DNA of 64,000 nucleotides from Candidatus Cloacimonadales bacterium (GCA_963665815.1 OY762463.1:1045469-1109468); one strand, 5' to 3'. Counted from the first letter of the stretch, positions 54,026-64,000 are shown. Notes: generated from the letters alone by a model not told the origin. Made by a program: numbers and translations.

Positions 54026-56287
54026 ATGAAAAAAATACTGCAACATTTTGAAAGGTTATCTCTGAACAGGAAATTAACGCTGATTTTCCTGACAATTTCA
54101 GTAGTTACGGTTGTTACAGGAGGATTAGCAGCATCATTTATTGGTATCAGCTATTCCAAAAGCTACAAAATTAAATGGTTGAAACATATTGCAATAACTA
54201 TTGGGGATTATAATTCACACAATCTGGAAATGGAGTACAGGAGCCATACAGAGGAGCAACTGGATAAACTCAGACTACTTCCAGATATTAAATACTGTTC
54301 CATTTATAACTCAGAAGGAGAACTGTTTACAAAATATTCCTCTATACATGACAATCCTTTCAGTAACATTGTTGTTGATCCTGAAATTTCTTATGGTAAA
54401 ATAAAAAATAGATACATACTTGTTCAAGAGCCCATTCTGAAAAATGGCATTTTTATCGGATATATTCGAATTGCAGCAGAAACTAAGTTACGAATTCTGA
54501 TCGCTGAAATTATGTCTGTTCTTCTAATTGTGATTATTCTGTTTATCATAATCTCATATTTTTTAGGTTTGAAAGTCAGAGAAGTAATATCCAAACCAAT
54601 AGGAAAATTGATTGAAGTATCCGAAGAAGTTTCAAACACAGGAAACTATTCTTTGCGAGTTAATGCAGACTCACAAGATGATCTGGGTAAATTCATAAAT
54701 CATTTCAATAATATGCTTAGTGTGATTCAAACCAGAGATATGGAATTGATCAGCTCAAATGAAAAATTCACAAACATATTCAATGCCCAGAGTGATTCCA
54801 TTATCATACTTAATTGTAACGGAGATATTATTGATGTAAATCATTCAACTCTACGTATGCTGAGTATATCAAGAGTACAAGCTCTCAGATTGAATCTATT
54901 CGAAAATCTTAAACTGAGATCAGATACGGAAACCCCAATACAAGATCTTATTAATAAAGCTGTAAATGATGGTTTTTCCGAATTCGACGGTGAATGTATA
55001 AAACCTCTGACAAACAATAAAATAAACCTCCAGATAAAGATTCGCAAACTGGATGCTTCAGATACACCTGTGCTGATAATGTCAGCCAAAGATGTTACTA
55101 TTCAGAAGAGAGATGAGTTTGAGCTTGCAAGCCTCCGTGACTACCTCTCAAATGTAATCAATTCTATGCCCTCTATTCTAATAGGGGTAGATAATGAAGG
55201 AAGGATTTCTCAGTGGAATAATAAAGCCAGTTCTGAAACAGGTGTACAACATCGAGTTGCCATAGGACAAAGGATACAGGATCTGTTTCCTCATCTGAAG
55301 CCAGAAATTGACAAGATTGATAATGCAATAACCCATCAGAAAGTTCAGCGGCTGACAAGAAAAGCACATAATGCAAAGGGACATCAGAAGATTGAAGATA
55401 TTACTATTTATCCGCTTACCGGAGAAAACGTAAAAGGTGCTGTATTAATTATCGATGATATTACAGATAGAGTCAACATGGAAAAAATGATGATTCAATC
55501 GGAAAAAATGATGTCAATAGGGGGACTTGCCGCAGGTATGGCTCATGAGATTAATAATCCACTTGCCGGTATCATTCAGAATATTCAGATCATTGAGAAC
55601 AGACTGCTTTCCTCATCCGCTAAAAATTCATCAGTTGCTGAAGAAATCGGATTTGACCTCGAGCTTATGAGAGCGTACATAAGTAAGAGAGGAATCGAAA
55701 AAATGCTGAAATACATTAAAGATTCCGGTGTAAGGGCATCAGTTATTGTAAAAAATATGCTGAGTTTCTCAAGGAAAGGTGTCAAAGAAAAAGTAAGAAG
55801 CTCTGTTACAGAACTGATTGAGAATACGATTCAGCTTGCTTTTAATGAATACAATCTCAAAAAGAGACTTGATTTCAGAAAAATTAACATTATTAAGCAA
55901 TACGAAGAACCCCTTCCGGATATTTTGTGCGATCCGGGCAGTATACAGCAAGTATTCCTGAATATACTCAAAAATGGTGCTCAGGCTATGCAGACCAAGC
56001 AAACTGAAGGATATAAACCAGAATTCAATATTTCAGTTTCAAAGGCTCATCACAACATCAGAATTGTTATAAGAGATAATGGACCTGGAATTCCGGATGA
56101 ATTGATCAATAACATATTCGAGCCTTTCTTTACAACTAAGGAAGTAGGAGAAGGTACCGGTCTCGGAATGTCAGTATCCTACTTCATTATAACCGATAAG
56201 CATGGTGGAAACATCAGCGTCAAATCTCAGAAAGGAGAATGGACAAGTTTTATCATTGAGCTTCCTGCCGTTGAAAATCCGGAATAG
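54026..56287 (+). CDS. membrane sensor histidine kinase (HAMP + two PAS-like domains + DHp + HATPase)
   Basis: Two TM segments flank a periplasmic-type region, followed by a HAMP domain. H-box AHEINNPLAGIIQNI. N-box LNILKNGAQAM. G1 DNGPGIP. G2 GTGLGMSVS. Confidence 0.9.
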   Translation: MKKILQHFERLSLNRKLTLIFLTISVVTVVTGGLAASFIGISYSKSYKIKWLKHIAITIGDYNSHNLEMEYRSHTEEQLDKLRLLPDIKYCSIYNSEGELFTKYSSIHDNPFSNIVVDPEISYGKIKNRYILVQEPILKNGIFIGYIRIAAETKLRILIAEIMSVLLIVIILFIIISYFLGLKVREVISKPIGKLIEVSEEVSNTGNYSLRVNADSQDDLGKFINHFNNMLSVIQTRDMELISSNEKFTNIFNAQSDSIIILNCNGDIIDVNHSTLRMLSISRVQALRLNLFENLKLRSDTETPIQDLINKAVNDGFSEFDGECIKPLTNNKINLQIKIRKLDASDTPVLIMSAKDVTIQKRDEFELASLRDYLSNVINSMPSILIGVDNEGRISQWNNKASSETGVQHRVAIGQRIQDLFPHLKPEIDKIDNAITHQKVQRLTRKAHNAKGHQKIEDITIYPLTGENVKGAVLIIDDITDRVNMEKMMIQSEKMMSIGGLAAGMAHEINNPLAGIIQNIQIIENRLLSSSAKNSSVAEEIGFDLELMRAYISKRGIEKMLKYIKDSGVRASVIVKNMLSFSRKGVKEKVRSSVTELIENTIQLAFNEYNLKKRLDFRKINIIKQYEEPLPDILCDPGSIQQVFLNILKNGAQAMQTKQTEGYKPEFNISVSKAHHNIRIVIRDNGPGIPDELINNIFEPFFTTKEVGEGTGLGMSVSYFIITDKHGGNISVKSQKGEWTSFIIELPAVENPE

Positions 56288-56297
56288 AATGTTGTTA

Positions 56298-57950
56298 CTA
56301 TTTTAAAAGAACACTTTTCTTTACAATAGATTTACATCCGGGTTTATGCATTCGGATAAAATACACACCCGTTGATACTTTCTTACCTGAATCACTATCT
56401 CCTTCCCACATAACATTATGTTTACCTGAAGGAAACTCCTCTTTAACAATGCTCTTTACGTGCTGTCCCTTTACATTATAAACATCAACTTCCACAATTG
56501 ATTTTTCACTCAAATCAAAACTAATATTAGTTCTCGGGTTGAATGGATTAGGATACAAACTCATTGAAGTAACACGACTGATTTCGTTTTGACCTGAATC
56601 TGTTACTCCTTCTCTAATTTTCCCTACAAAACAATCTCTGTTTCCGTTAGATGTTACTGATAAATTACCAAATACAGCTGTTGAAGAAAATCCTCCTGCT
56701 ATAAATATATTTCCATCATCGGATATGTACATAGCTGTTCCCCTGTCCCAACCAATAGAACCTGCTTCTTCAACCCATTGCCAGTTGCCTGAAGAATCTA
56801 ATTTGAGAACAAAAACATCTCTTCCTCCGAAGCCGTTAAGATTATCATTACCCATTACAGCCACACCGTCAAAATAACCTGTAGCATAAATATCTCCATT
56901 GGAACCTAAAAAAATATCTGTTGCAGAATCCCATTCTGAGGAGCCACCATGTGCTACCCAATTCCAGTTTCCTGAATCATTTATACTGGCAATATACAGA
57001 TCTCTGTTCCCGTTTCCTGTCACCTGAAGACTGTCAAAAAAAGCTATATCAGTAAAATGTCCACTGACTACAGCTCCTGAATCAGATGGAATAATCTGAT
57101 ATGCCTCATCAAAATTATTGCCACCAAATCCATTTACCCATATAAAATCACCTGAGTCATTCATCTCGGCAACAAATCCATCAGTATAACCATCACTTGT
57201 CAGTGTATCTGAGCCTAATACTGCATTTCCTGTAAACATACCGCAAAGTAAAACCCTGTTATTCTCAGCCAGTTTAATATCTATCCCGGCATCTGCACCG
57301 CTTCCTCCTGCTTTTTTTACAAGGTTCCAATCCCTGAGTGAATTTAATCTGGCAACAAGAATATCAGTGCTACCGGCACAAAGCAGAGTATCGGTACTGA
57401 TCAGTATTGTATCACTGAATGATCCTGCTATATATACATTATTTGTACTATCAATAGAAATACTGTTTCCGATATCCCAACCTGAACTACCGATTTCTTC
57501 GGACCAGAGCCAGTTCCCGTCAGAATCAAGCTTTGACACAAAAATGTCTCCATAACCGGAACTCACAAGTGAGTCCTGACCGAAAAAAGCAGTACCTTCA
57601 AAAACACCTGTAATCATTATACAATTATCAGCAGTAACATCTATATCATTTCCTTCATCAGTAAAAGAAGTTCCTCCCGCACTTGTACACCACAACCAGT
57701 TTCCTTGAGAATCCATCTTAGCAACAAAAATATCTCTACCACCGAGACTTGCCACATACTCATTGCCAAACCATTGACTGCCTTCAAAATATCCAGTAAC
57801 ATACAGATTGCCGTTATCATCTCCAACAATACCGTTAAGCTGCATATCCATTGCGCCACCACCTGTAGCAACCCAATCCCAGACCGGAGTCTGAGCATTA
57901 ACAAAACTTGCTAAAAAAAACATAAATGCTATTGTTGCGGATATTTTCAT
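56298..57950 (-). CDS. secreted SBBP-type beta-propeller-repeat protein with T9SS-type C-terminal domain
   Basis: The start is placed at the ATG at 57950 (GGAGAG RBS), which gives signal peptide MKISATIAFMFFLASFVNA. It has many repeats of the form G..D.G..I..D..GN.Y(V/I)(T/A)G.F. C-terminus: LYPNPFNPRTNISFDLSEKSIVEVDVYNVKGQHV..GKHNVMWEGDSDSGKKVSTGVYFIR. Confidence 0.8.
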   Translation of the reverse strand: MKISATIAFMFFLASFVNAQTPVWDWVATGGGAMDMQLNGIVGDDNGNLYVTGYFEGSQWFGNEYVASLGGRDIFVAKMDSQGNWLWCTSAGGTSFTDEGNDIDVTADNCIMITGVFEGTAFFGQDSLVSSGYGDIFVSKLDSDGNWLWSEEIGSSGWDIGNSISIDSTNNVYIAGSFSDTILISTDTLLCAGSTDILVARLNSLRDWNLVKKAGGSGADAGIDIKLAENNRVLLCGMFTGNAVLGSDTLTSDGYTDGFVAEMNDSGDFIWVNGFGGNNFDEAYQIIPSDSGAVVSGHFTDIAFFDSLQVTGNGNRDLYIASINDSGNWNWVAHGGSSEWDSATDIFLGSNGDIYATGYFDGVAVMGNDNLNGFGGRDVFVLKLDSSGNWQWVEEAGSIGWDRGTAMYISDDGNIFIAGGFSSTAVFGNLSVTSNGNRDCFVGKIREGVTDSGQNEISRVTSMSLYPNPFNPRTNISFDLSEKSIVEVDVYNVKGQHVKSIVKEEFPSGKHNVMWEGDSDSGKKVSTGVYFIRMHKPGCKSIVKKSVLLK

Positions 57951-58025
57951 AATATCTCTCCTGACTGAATTAACAAATTTATACACCTGAACCTTAAAAC
58001 GTAAAGAAATAAATATTGATATAGC

Positions 58026-58056
58026 AAAAAAAAAGCTGCAGGAATACCTGCAGCCT
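58026..58056 (-). terminator. rho-independent terminator after the porin-like gene
   Basis: Minus strand reads GCTGCAGG-tatt-CCTGCAGC followed by a run of 9 T. Confidence 0.9.
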
Positions 58057-58076
58057 TAAATATATCGTTTTTCAGT

Positions 58077-59441
58077 TTACCATTTAACTTCTGTACCAAA
58101 CCACATTACTGTAGCTGTGTCTTCACCAAACATAAAAAGATGTGATACGTCGTTATCGTCTGTATAGTTGAAGCCATAATCTTTGTTAGGCATAAGCATA
58201 CCAAGTCCTGCGTAAAATTTTGCATTCTTATGAACTTTGTATGATCCGTACAGATTAAACTCATTCCACATGTTTTCACCGGATACTTCTTTTGTACCTA
58301 TCTTGACATCAGTAGAGTTGTCATTAAACATCCAGAAATTAAAACCAACATTCATTTTTTTACACATTTCAGGAGTGAAATCTGTTCCAAAATTCACCAT
58401 CATCATACCATGATCAACATCGGCTTTAAAACCATTATCTGTAAGTTTCCAGAAAATATTGACAGCTTGATATCCATGTTCAACCAATCCCATTCCAACA
58501 CCTGTGAATGCTTCATTTTCATCATCAGATCCTGCATCATCACCTGATCTCATGAATAATTCAGCTCTTGGCATAAGTGTACCAAATCCAAGATCAAACT
58601 CAGCATTAAGACCAACATCAAGAAGCATACCGGAATAATCTATTCCTGTTGCATCGTTTGCACCAGTCTGCATTGCAAATTCAAGATAAGGTTTTAGCAT
58701 TCCGTCCATAAGTGTTACATCACCTCTGGCACCAAAAACATTAAATGCATTACATTCTGTTTCGTTTTTGCTAAGTCCATTATCATCAAAAGATTCAACA
58801 TTTTCACCTTTTCTGAAGAAATAAGCCTGAACATCTGCCATGTCGGCTATTTTATTCATTCCACCAATCAAACCAAAAATTTTAGCTGCATGATCTTCTT
58901 CAATATTTGTGTATTCAGCATCTTCATACTCAGCCAAATTAGCAGTTTGTAAATCAACCCATAAGTTATCTCTTTTAAACATAAGAGCAGCACCACTAAT
59001 ATAATCAGCAGGTCCGAAGATGTTTCCACCACCATAATTCCATAATCTTTGTCCAAGATGAGCGGAAAGTCCTTCAAAAAACAGGTTATCATACTGGACG
59101 TAAGCTTCTTGAAGTTTAAGTCTGGTATCTTTAATCTTTTGATCGCTATCCATATTAAATTTGATCCACTTGCTACTGGCTTCATCATCACTTTCTAAAC
59201 GAGAGTGAATTTTTACCATAATATTTTCATTAATGTGAGTGTTAAAGGATAGATCCAATCTACCTTGAGTATAGGTTGTTTTGTCATTATTGGCGTTATC
59301 TTTGAAATCTGTCCAGTCTGCCAAATTGTTTTCATAGTCCATTTCAAGAAGAAATCTTCCATGAATATCGACTTTTGGATACTCGCCTGCGAATAGAGCT
59401 GTTGCCATTACAACAATAAGTAAAATAGTAATTTTTCTCAT
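58077..59441 (-). CDS. outer-membrane porin-like beta-barrel protein
   Basis: The start is placed at the ATG at 59441 (GGAGG and 4 nt upstream), which gives signal peptide MRKITILLIVVMATALFA. Composition is beta-strand-like, with an aromatic terminus ..WFGTEVKW. Confidence 0.7.
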   Translation of the reverse strand: MRKITILLIVVMATALFAGEYPKVDIHGRFLLEMDYENNLADWTDFKDNANNDKTTYTQGRLDLSFNTHINENIMVKIHSRLESDDEASSKWIKFNMDSDQKIKDTRLKLQEAYVQYDNLFFEGLSAHLGQRLWNYGGGNIFGPADYISGAALMFKRDNLWVDLQTANLAEYEDAEYTNIEEDHAAKIFGLIGGMNKIADMADVQAYFFRKGENVESFDDNGLSKNETECNAFNVFGARGDVTLMDGMLKPYLEFAMQTGANDATGIDYSGMLLDVGLNAEFDLGFGTLMPRAELFMRSGDDAGSDDENEAFTGVGMGLVEHGYQAVNIFWKLTDNGFKADVDHGMMMVNFGTDFTPEMCKKMNVGFNFWMFNDNSTDVKIGTKEVSGENMWNEFNLYGSYKVHKNAKFYAGLGMLMPNKDYGFNYTDDNDVSHLFMFGEDTATVMWFGTEVKW

Positions 59442-59647
59442 ACTACCTCCAGTATTTTTTTTTGATTCATTGAATCTTAATAAGTACACAACTTATTTTA
59501 CTATTTAAATAACAGGAAAAATATATTATTCATGTTGAGACTTTGTCAAGATATTAGTTAAATTAAATACTTGGAAATTTTTACGTGCGAAAATTGAATA
59601 TATCCGCAAAAACATTTCAGTAATCTATATCATTATATACCAAGACA

Positions 59648-59923
59648 TTAAGAATCTGCTTCATCTTCTTCCATTGTAGCTTCATGCTCGACATTTTCTG
59701 AATCATCTTCATCAGGTGTCTCAGGATATGCATATTCTGAGAACAAATGCATCAAAACAACCAATAGTGTTACGGTTATGAAAACAGCAATTGAAAAACA
59801 CATGATTTTACTCATGAAAATAAAACCAATATCTATATCGTCAATGATATTCATTGCAGATGCATCACCGAAGACGATATTTGCAATTATGACAACTGCT
59901 ACAAGAAAAAGTGCTATTTTCAT
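59648..59923 (-). CDS. small two-TM membrane protein with acidic tail
   Basis: 91 aa. MKIALFLVAVVIIANIVF.. and ..MCFSIAVFITVTLLVVLMHLF.., followed by a D/E-rich tail. Confidence 0.5.
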   Translation of the reverse strand: MKIALFLVAVVIIANIVFGDASAMNIIDDIDIGFIFMSKIMCFSIAVFITVTLLVVLMHLFSEYAYPETPDEDDSENVEHEATMEEDEADS

Positions 59924-60187
59924 AGTTTCTCCATAAATTATTTAACTCATATAAAGATCTTTGCATGATTGGAGTAGTCTGTTCAAACTTTCTAAAGAAA
60001 GCATACAAGTTGACTCGACTTTTAGAATTCATCAAATTCTTACTCAAAAAGAGCTTCTCTGAAAGCTTTCTTGATGAATTTAAAATTCTCATCGAACTTC
60101 TTTCACTAAAACTACTTGATTTTGCTATTATGCAAAGCACTACTCTAATATAATATAGTATATATATCGACATTTACATTGAAAAAG

Positions 60188-61009
60188 TCAACTTTTTTTC
60201 CTGATCATTGAAACTGAGGTTATTCTGTTCTTCCCTGACCTTTTGCTTTGGTACATAGCATCGTCTACAACTTTTACATGTTCATGCACATTATATGTTG
60301 GAGAATAATCTGTTACGCCTGAAGAAATTGTTATATTGAATTCTATGCTGTCCGTTTTAAAAAGACAGCTTTCAACGGTTATTCTGATTTTTTCTGCCAC
60401 CCTGAAACCACCATCACAATCTGTTTCCGGAAGAAGTAAAAGGAATTCTTCTCCACCCCATCTGCAAACCATATCCTGCTCTCTCGTGAGTTCGATAAAA
60501 ATCGAGGCGAGCTCCTTAAGCAGATAGTCACCTGTTTCGTGACCGTATCTGTCATTAACAGATTTGAAATCATCAATATCTATCATGATGAATACGAATG
60601 TTCTGGAAGATCTCTTGTATCTTACAATTTCTGAATCAATTTTTTCCAGCATAGCTCTTCTATTTGGTAAACCGGTTAGTGGGTCGTGCCTGCTCATTTT
60701 TTTTACTTCACTAAGAGCTTCACCCAGTTCTTTATTCATTTGTTCTAAGGTTTCCTTACTCTGCTTCAGTTTACGCATTTTCCCTGCAAGCAAAATAAGA
60801 GTAACAGCAAGAATGCAAAATCCTGTTAACGTTAAAATTGTCTGATGTCTTGTTATTATATATGAAGTGTCAGATTTCTCAGTCACACCTGTATCAATTC
60901 CCAATGCATCATAGCCTTTTTCAGCATGACATAAAACAAATCCTAAAAATACCAGAGATAAAAGGAATGTTATCTTTATTCTTACTGAACTGATACTGTC
61001 AAAAGACAT
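60188..61009 (-). CDS. membrane-anchored GGDEF diguanylate cyclase
   Basis: Two N-terminal TM segments and a coiled coil. GGDEF domain: HDPLTGLPNRR..DIDDFKSVNDRYGHETGD..RWGGEEFLLLL. Confidence 0.9.
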   Translation of the reverse strand: MSFDSISSVRIKITFLLSLVFLGFVLCHAEKGYDALGIDTGVTEKSDTSYIITRHQTILTLTGFCILAVTLILLAGKMRKLKQSKETLEQMNKELGEALSEVKKMSRHDPLTGLPNRRAMLEKIDSEIVRYKRSSRTFVFIMIDIDDFKSVNDRYGHETGDYLLKELASIFIELTREQDMVCRWGGEEFLLLLPETDCDGGFRVAEKIRITVESCLFKTDSIEFNITISSGVTDYSPTYNVHEHVKVVDDAMYQSKRSGKNRITSVSMIRKKS

Positions 61010-61063
61010 ATTAACTCCTTGTCAGAGTTGCAGCTTTGAATCACAAGAAATCTGATTGCGACA

Positions 61064-61561
61064 TTATCTGGATACGGCTATTGATAATGCTGTTGCAAGT
61101 TTAACAACATACTCATCCGTTCTTTCCAGCAAAGACAAAAGAGAAAGACATGTATTTTTTAATATCACATTCCCGGCATTAGGGTCACTGGATATAATTT
61201 CCTCAAAATCATTCCTTGATAGCGTATACATTATACAATCTGATGAAGCGATTACATTTGCAGATCTTTTCCCCGCACCAATTAGTCCGTTTTCACCAAA
61301 AGCCGGACAAGCTTTATCACTTAGTGATGCCAATTTCTTCTCCTCTGCCTTAAGTCCTTCAATTTCCATCGTTAACTTACGTGTAACTCGCACATCACCC
61401 TTATACAATATGTATAAGTTATCACCCTTTGTATTTTCTTTAATAATATAATCACCTTTATTGAATTTCTTTTCCTTGAGAAACGATGCAACAAAAACAA
61501 GCTGAATATCATTAAGTCCTTTAAAAGTTCTGACATTTTTTAAACTGATTGCATCTATCAT
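61064..61561 (-). CDS. stand-alone cyclic-nucleotide-binding domain protein
   Basis: 165 aa with a cNMP-binding fold (..GDYIIKENTKGDNLYILYKGDVRV..FGENGLIGAGKRSANVIA..). Confidence 0.8.
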   Translation of the reverse strand: MIDAISLKNVRTFKGLNDIQLVFVASFLKEKKFNKGDYIIKENTKGDNLYILYKGDVRVTRKLTMEIEGLKAEEKKLASLSDKACPAFGENGLIGAGKRSANVIASSDCIMYTLSRNDFEEIISSDPNAGNVILKNTCLSLLSLLERTDEYVVKLATALSIAVSR

Positions 61562-61565
61562 AATT

Positions 61566-62714
61566 CTATCCTATTACAATTGCCGAATCATTTTCGGTTA
61601 ATTCATAGTTTTTATCAGGGTTAATATGAATTGCATAATTCTGTTCAGGAAGTTTCGAATTGGCACTTTGCAGAGCATTCTTTATGAATGCATCAATCGT
61701 TGATCCTTCATCTGAGAAAATATCTGATATCTGCATTTTGGGTCTTTCAGTAATCAACCCGATCAATACAACATGTTCCTCACTGTAAAAATGTTCCAGA
61801 AGGGAGCTGTACTTCTGCCCTACTAATGATTGAGGTATCTTCTTTGTTATAATATTATGTTCCCGGCTGTGCACTAAATGATTGTAAAAGCTTATATAGT
61901 GACTGTTCAGAACATTGTTTGCAATGAGATAACCCCCAAATTCTTTAAAGATAACTATGTTATCCACGCCAATCTGTTTGAGGTGAGGTTTATTCTGAAT
62001 ATTTATCAACTGAACAGTCAGGTGTATATCTTTGGATATGAATTTTATTGTATTCGCAACAATAATTGATCTGTCATCCGCAGATTGAATCATTAGATTA
62101 ACATCAGGAAGAACAATCACGTGTTTGGCAAATCTCACGTTCGCCCTGTTAAGTATTTCTGTTTGAGTATAATCTCCACGAATATACCCAAGGCTTAATG
62201 TCGGATACTTAGCCTCAAGATCAGTAAAAAAATCTGGTTGAAAATCGCCTATCAAAACAATCATATCATCAATGCTTTTTTCTGTAAATGCATTAAGCAT
62301 GGTTTCCACGGTTTCATTCCAACCGCAGATAACAATGTGATTTCTTTTTTTTATCTGTTTCAATCCTTTTGCTCCTCTAAGTTTATCTTCAACCATCACA
62401 GTTGTTATTATACCTGTAAACAGGGAAAATAATGTGAATCCAATGAATATAAGAAAAATCCCAACGATTCGACCGGCAGATGTTTTAGGTACAACATCAC
62501 CATATCCAACAGTTGTTATTGTCACTATTGACCACCAGATACTATCCATAAATGTTGAGATAGTATTATTTCCTTTAGATTCAATACTGAAAATAACAGC
62601 TGCGCTGATAAAAATCAATGCTGAAATAATGATACCTATTAATGAAAATCTTTTTAAAGACTCATTTCGAAGTATTCTTTTTAGTCTAAAACTCGTTTTT
62701 TTCTTTTTACTCAT
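61566..62714 (-). CDS. two-TM potassium channel with RCK/TrkA-N-type cytoplasmic domain
   Basis: Selectivity filter TTVGYGD. RCK Rossmann start HIVICGWNETVETMLNAF. Confidence 0.9.
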   Translation of the reverse strand: MSKKKKTSFRLKRILRNESLKRFSLIGIIISALIFISAAVIFSIESKGNNTISTFMDSIWWSIVTITTVGYGDVVPKTSAGRIVGIFLIFIGFTLFSLFTGIITTVMVEDKLRGAKGLKQIKKRNHIVICGWNETVETMLNAFTEKSIDDMIVLIGDFQPDFFTDLEAKYPTLSLGYIRGDYTQTEILNRANVRFAKHVIVLPDVNLMIQSADDRSIIVANTIKFISKDIHLTVQLINIQNKPHLKQIGVDNIVIFKEFGGYLIANNVLNSHYISFYNHLVHSREHNIITKKIPQSLVGQKYSSLLEHFYSEEHVVLIGLITERPKMQISDIFSDEGSTIDAFIKNALQSANSKLPEQNYAIHINPDKNYELTENDSAIVIG

Positions 62715-62765
62715 ACTAATAATCTAATTTATGAATACTCATTACCAAATGATATGTTAAATAAG

Positions 62766-62796
62766 GAAAAACAGGCTGTCCCTAAAGACAGCCTGT
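62766..62796 (-). terminator. rho-independent terminator after the window-edge gene
   Basis: Minus strand reads ACAGGCTGTC-tttagg-GACAGCCTGT followed by TTTTTCC. Confidence 0.85.
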
Positions 62797-62807
62797 TTCG
62801 TATATTT

Positions 62808-64000
62808 TTATTTAGATAACTTCTTAATCTGCTTCTGAGATTCGATTACTCTTCTGCTTCTCAAAGTTTCTTTCTTAGAGAATGTAGATGCTGCAGTAGT
62901 ACTGTTATCAGGAACTTGAGAGTCTGCCTGACCAGCCTGGAAGTTCGCTGCCCACAAAGTATTATCACTTGATAATACAGAGCCATCAAAGTTTATATCC
63001 TGGATATTGTAACCATCTGAAACACCAGCAGAGAAAGCAATTTTCCATTCTGTATTATCAGAAGATACTATTGATCCATCATCAACAATGTCACCTGCAG
63101 CCATACCAAATACGCCTGTTTCAACCTGGCATACACCAAGATTTGATGTACCTGTTGTATACGTCATATTTGAGGTAGTAAGATCAATTGTAGATTGAGT
63201 ATAAGCATCTGTATAGAATGTATGTGAAGTTCTACTCATTATATTAAGGTGGTTTCTATGTTTTATAACTACAAAATAAGCTCCAGCATTAATGTTAAAC
63301 CATGGAGTATCTCCATCTGATGCTGTTACGGTTCCATCGCTGTGTAAAAGCATTGATTTTCCAGTAATTGTCGAACCTGATGCTGTAGAACGGAGTTCAA
63401 CATAGATCCAGTCCACAACATCCTGTGGCATTTCGTCAACTGACTCTGTGTCATATGGTGATGTTAATGGTAAATACTGATTAAGAGCTGTATCCATCAT
63501 TTGAGTTGATGAATCATAAGGACCTTGTAAATATACATTCATTTTTGAGTATATTTTTGTGATTGTAGGCATTTCACCATTAGTCTCATCATAAAGAATC
63601 CAGTCAGAATAGGTTGTTGTTGCAATAGCGGAAACTCTGTTTTCATCAGGATAACAGGTTATCAGTGAGTTTGCAACTTTATACCATGCTCCATTCTGAT
63701 ATCGGTATAATCTGAGGTTAGTTTCATCCAGATTTCCAACTTCAGCATCGGAGTAATAGTAGTTGAATGTTGTAAACAGAGACCCGTTATTTTGAACAGG
63801 CATCACTGAAAGTACACGATTAACAACATATTGTTCGTATCCATCAGGGATATCCATGTGCTTCTGATTTTCCATGACAGCCATTCTTATTCCCATTGGA
63901 TTAGCACTGAAACTACTTACAACAACTGTTGCAGCAGTATCACCAGCAGTTGCTTCAAATGCAGGTATTATCTCTCCTGCTGAATTATCAGCATTTTCAT
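62808..64000 (-). CDS. secreted-type protein with C-terminal dockerin-like duplicated Ca-binding segment (5' end beyond window)
   Basis: The frame stays open from 63896 to base 64000, with no stop, so the ATG chosen by the ORF track is probably internal. Two dockerin-like segments are present: GDIVDDGSIVSSDNTEWKIAF and QDINFDGSVLSSDNTLWAANF. Confidence 0.7.
   Translation of the reverse strand, partial: ENADNSAGEIIPAFEATAGDTAATVVVSSFSANPMGIRMAVMENQKHMDIPDGYEQYVVNRVLSVMPVQNNGSLFTTFNYYYSDAEVGNLDETNLRLYRYQNGAWYKVANSLITCYPDENRVSAIATTTYSDWILYDETNGEMPTITKIYSKMNVYLQGPYDSSTQMMDTALNQYLPLTSPYDTESVDEMPQDVVDWIYVELRSTASGSTITGKSMLLHSDGTVTASDGDTPWFNINAGAYFVVIKHRNHLNIMSRTSHTFYTDAYTQSTIDLTTSNMTYTTGTSNLGVCQVETGVFGMAAGDIVDDGSIVSSDNTEWKIAFSAGVSDGYNIQDINFDGSVLSSDNTLWAANFQAGQADSQVPDNSTTAASTFSKKETLRSRRVIESQKQIKKLSK

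Noticed and set aside
59924-60187. Overlapping ORFs on both strands (59865..60173 minus, 102 aa; 59965..60153 plus, 62 aa) in the gap between the small membrane protein and the GGDEF gene.
   Set aside because: The two ORFs exclude each other, neither has a recognisable motif or a clear RBS, and the minus one overlaps the start of 59648..59923. I cannot decide which is real, if either.

Overview
Visibly AT-rich bacterial chromosomal window with about 60 protein genes and one tRNA. Both window edges cut genes. The standard genetic code applies, since TGA, TAA and TAG all end well-supported genes. The organism looks diderm: there are several OM beta-barrel-type proteins, a patatin fused to an Omp85 barrel, and four secreted proteins ending in the PNPFNPET-type FlgD-Ig/T9SS-like sorting domain. 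That domain is common in FCB-group and Cloacimonadota-like lineages, but the taxon is inference only.

Core genes:
- A rearranged macromolecular-synthesis cluster on the minus strand: TetR, rpsU, cvpA, mutS2, dnaG, rpoD, tRNA-CAT.
- hflX, spoVG, an aminotransferase, a ROK kinase and a nitroreductase.
- An NfeD/SPFH pair and an ECF sigma / anti-sigma / PDZ operon.
- Two large sensor kinases and a GGDEF / cNMP-binding / K+ channel cluster.

Most unusual content:
1. A head-to-tail array (periods 189/192/192 nt) that re-copies the 3' end, UTR and strand-specific terminator of one gene (12590-13323). It may be a tandem structured-RNA array.
2. An orphan RHS-type C-terminal toxin cassette with its own SD and TTG start, followed by two overlapping secreted helical-repeat proteins, plus a second truncated copy of the cassette head.
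3. A GC-rich 46-nt element inserted in different reading phases. Its right end coincides with the homology breakpoint between the two cassettes.
4. Three tandem lipoprotein paralogs, one of which is a clean chimera of the other two.
5. A DtxR-FeoA fusion / feoB locus with three TTAG-N6-CTAA boxes, extended by a porin, a T9SS-sorted protein and an FMN-binding protein.
6. A C10 cysteine protease with a candidate inhibitor gene downstream.
7. An O-methyltransferase pseudogene next to an intact PPTase.

All functional calls come from motifs read by eye. No database search was run.
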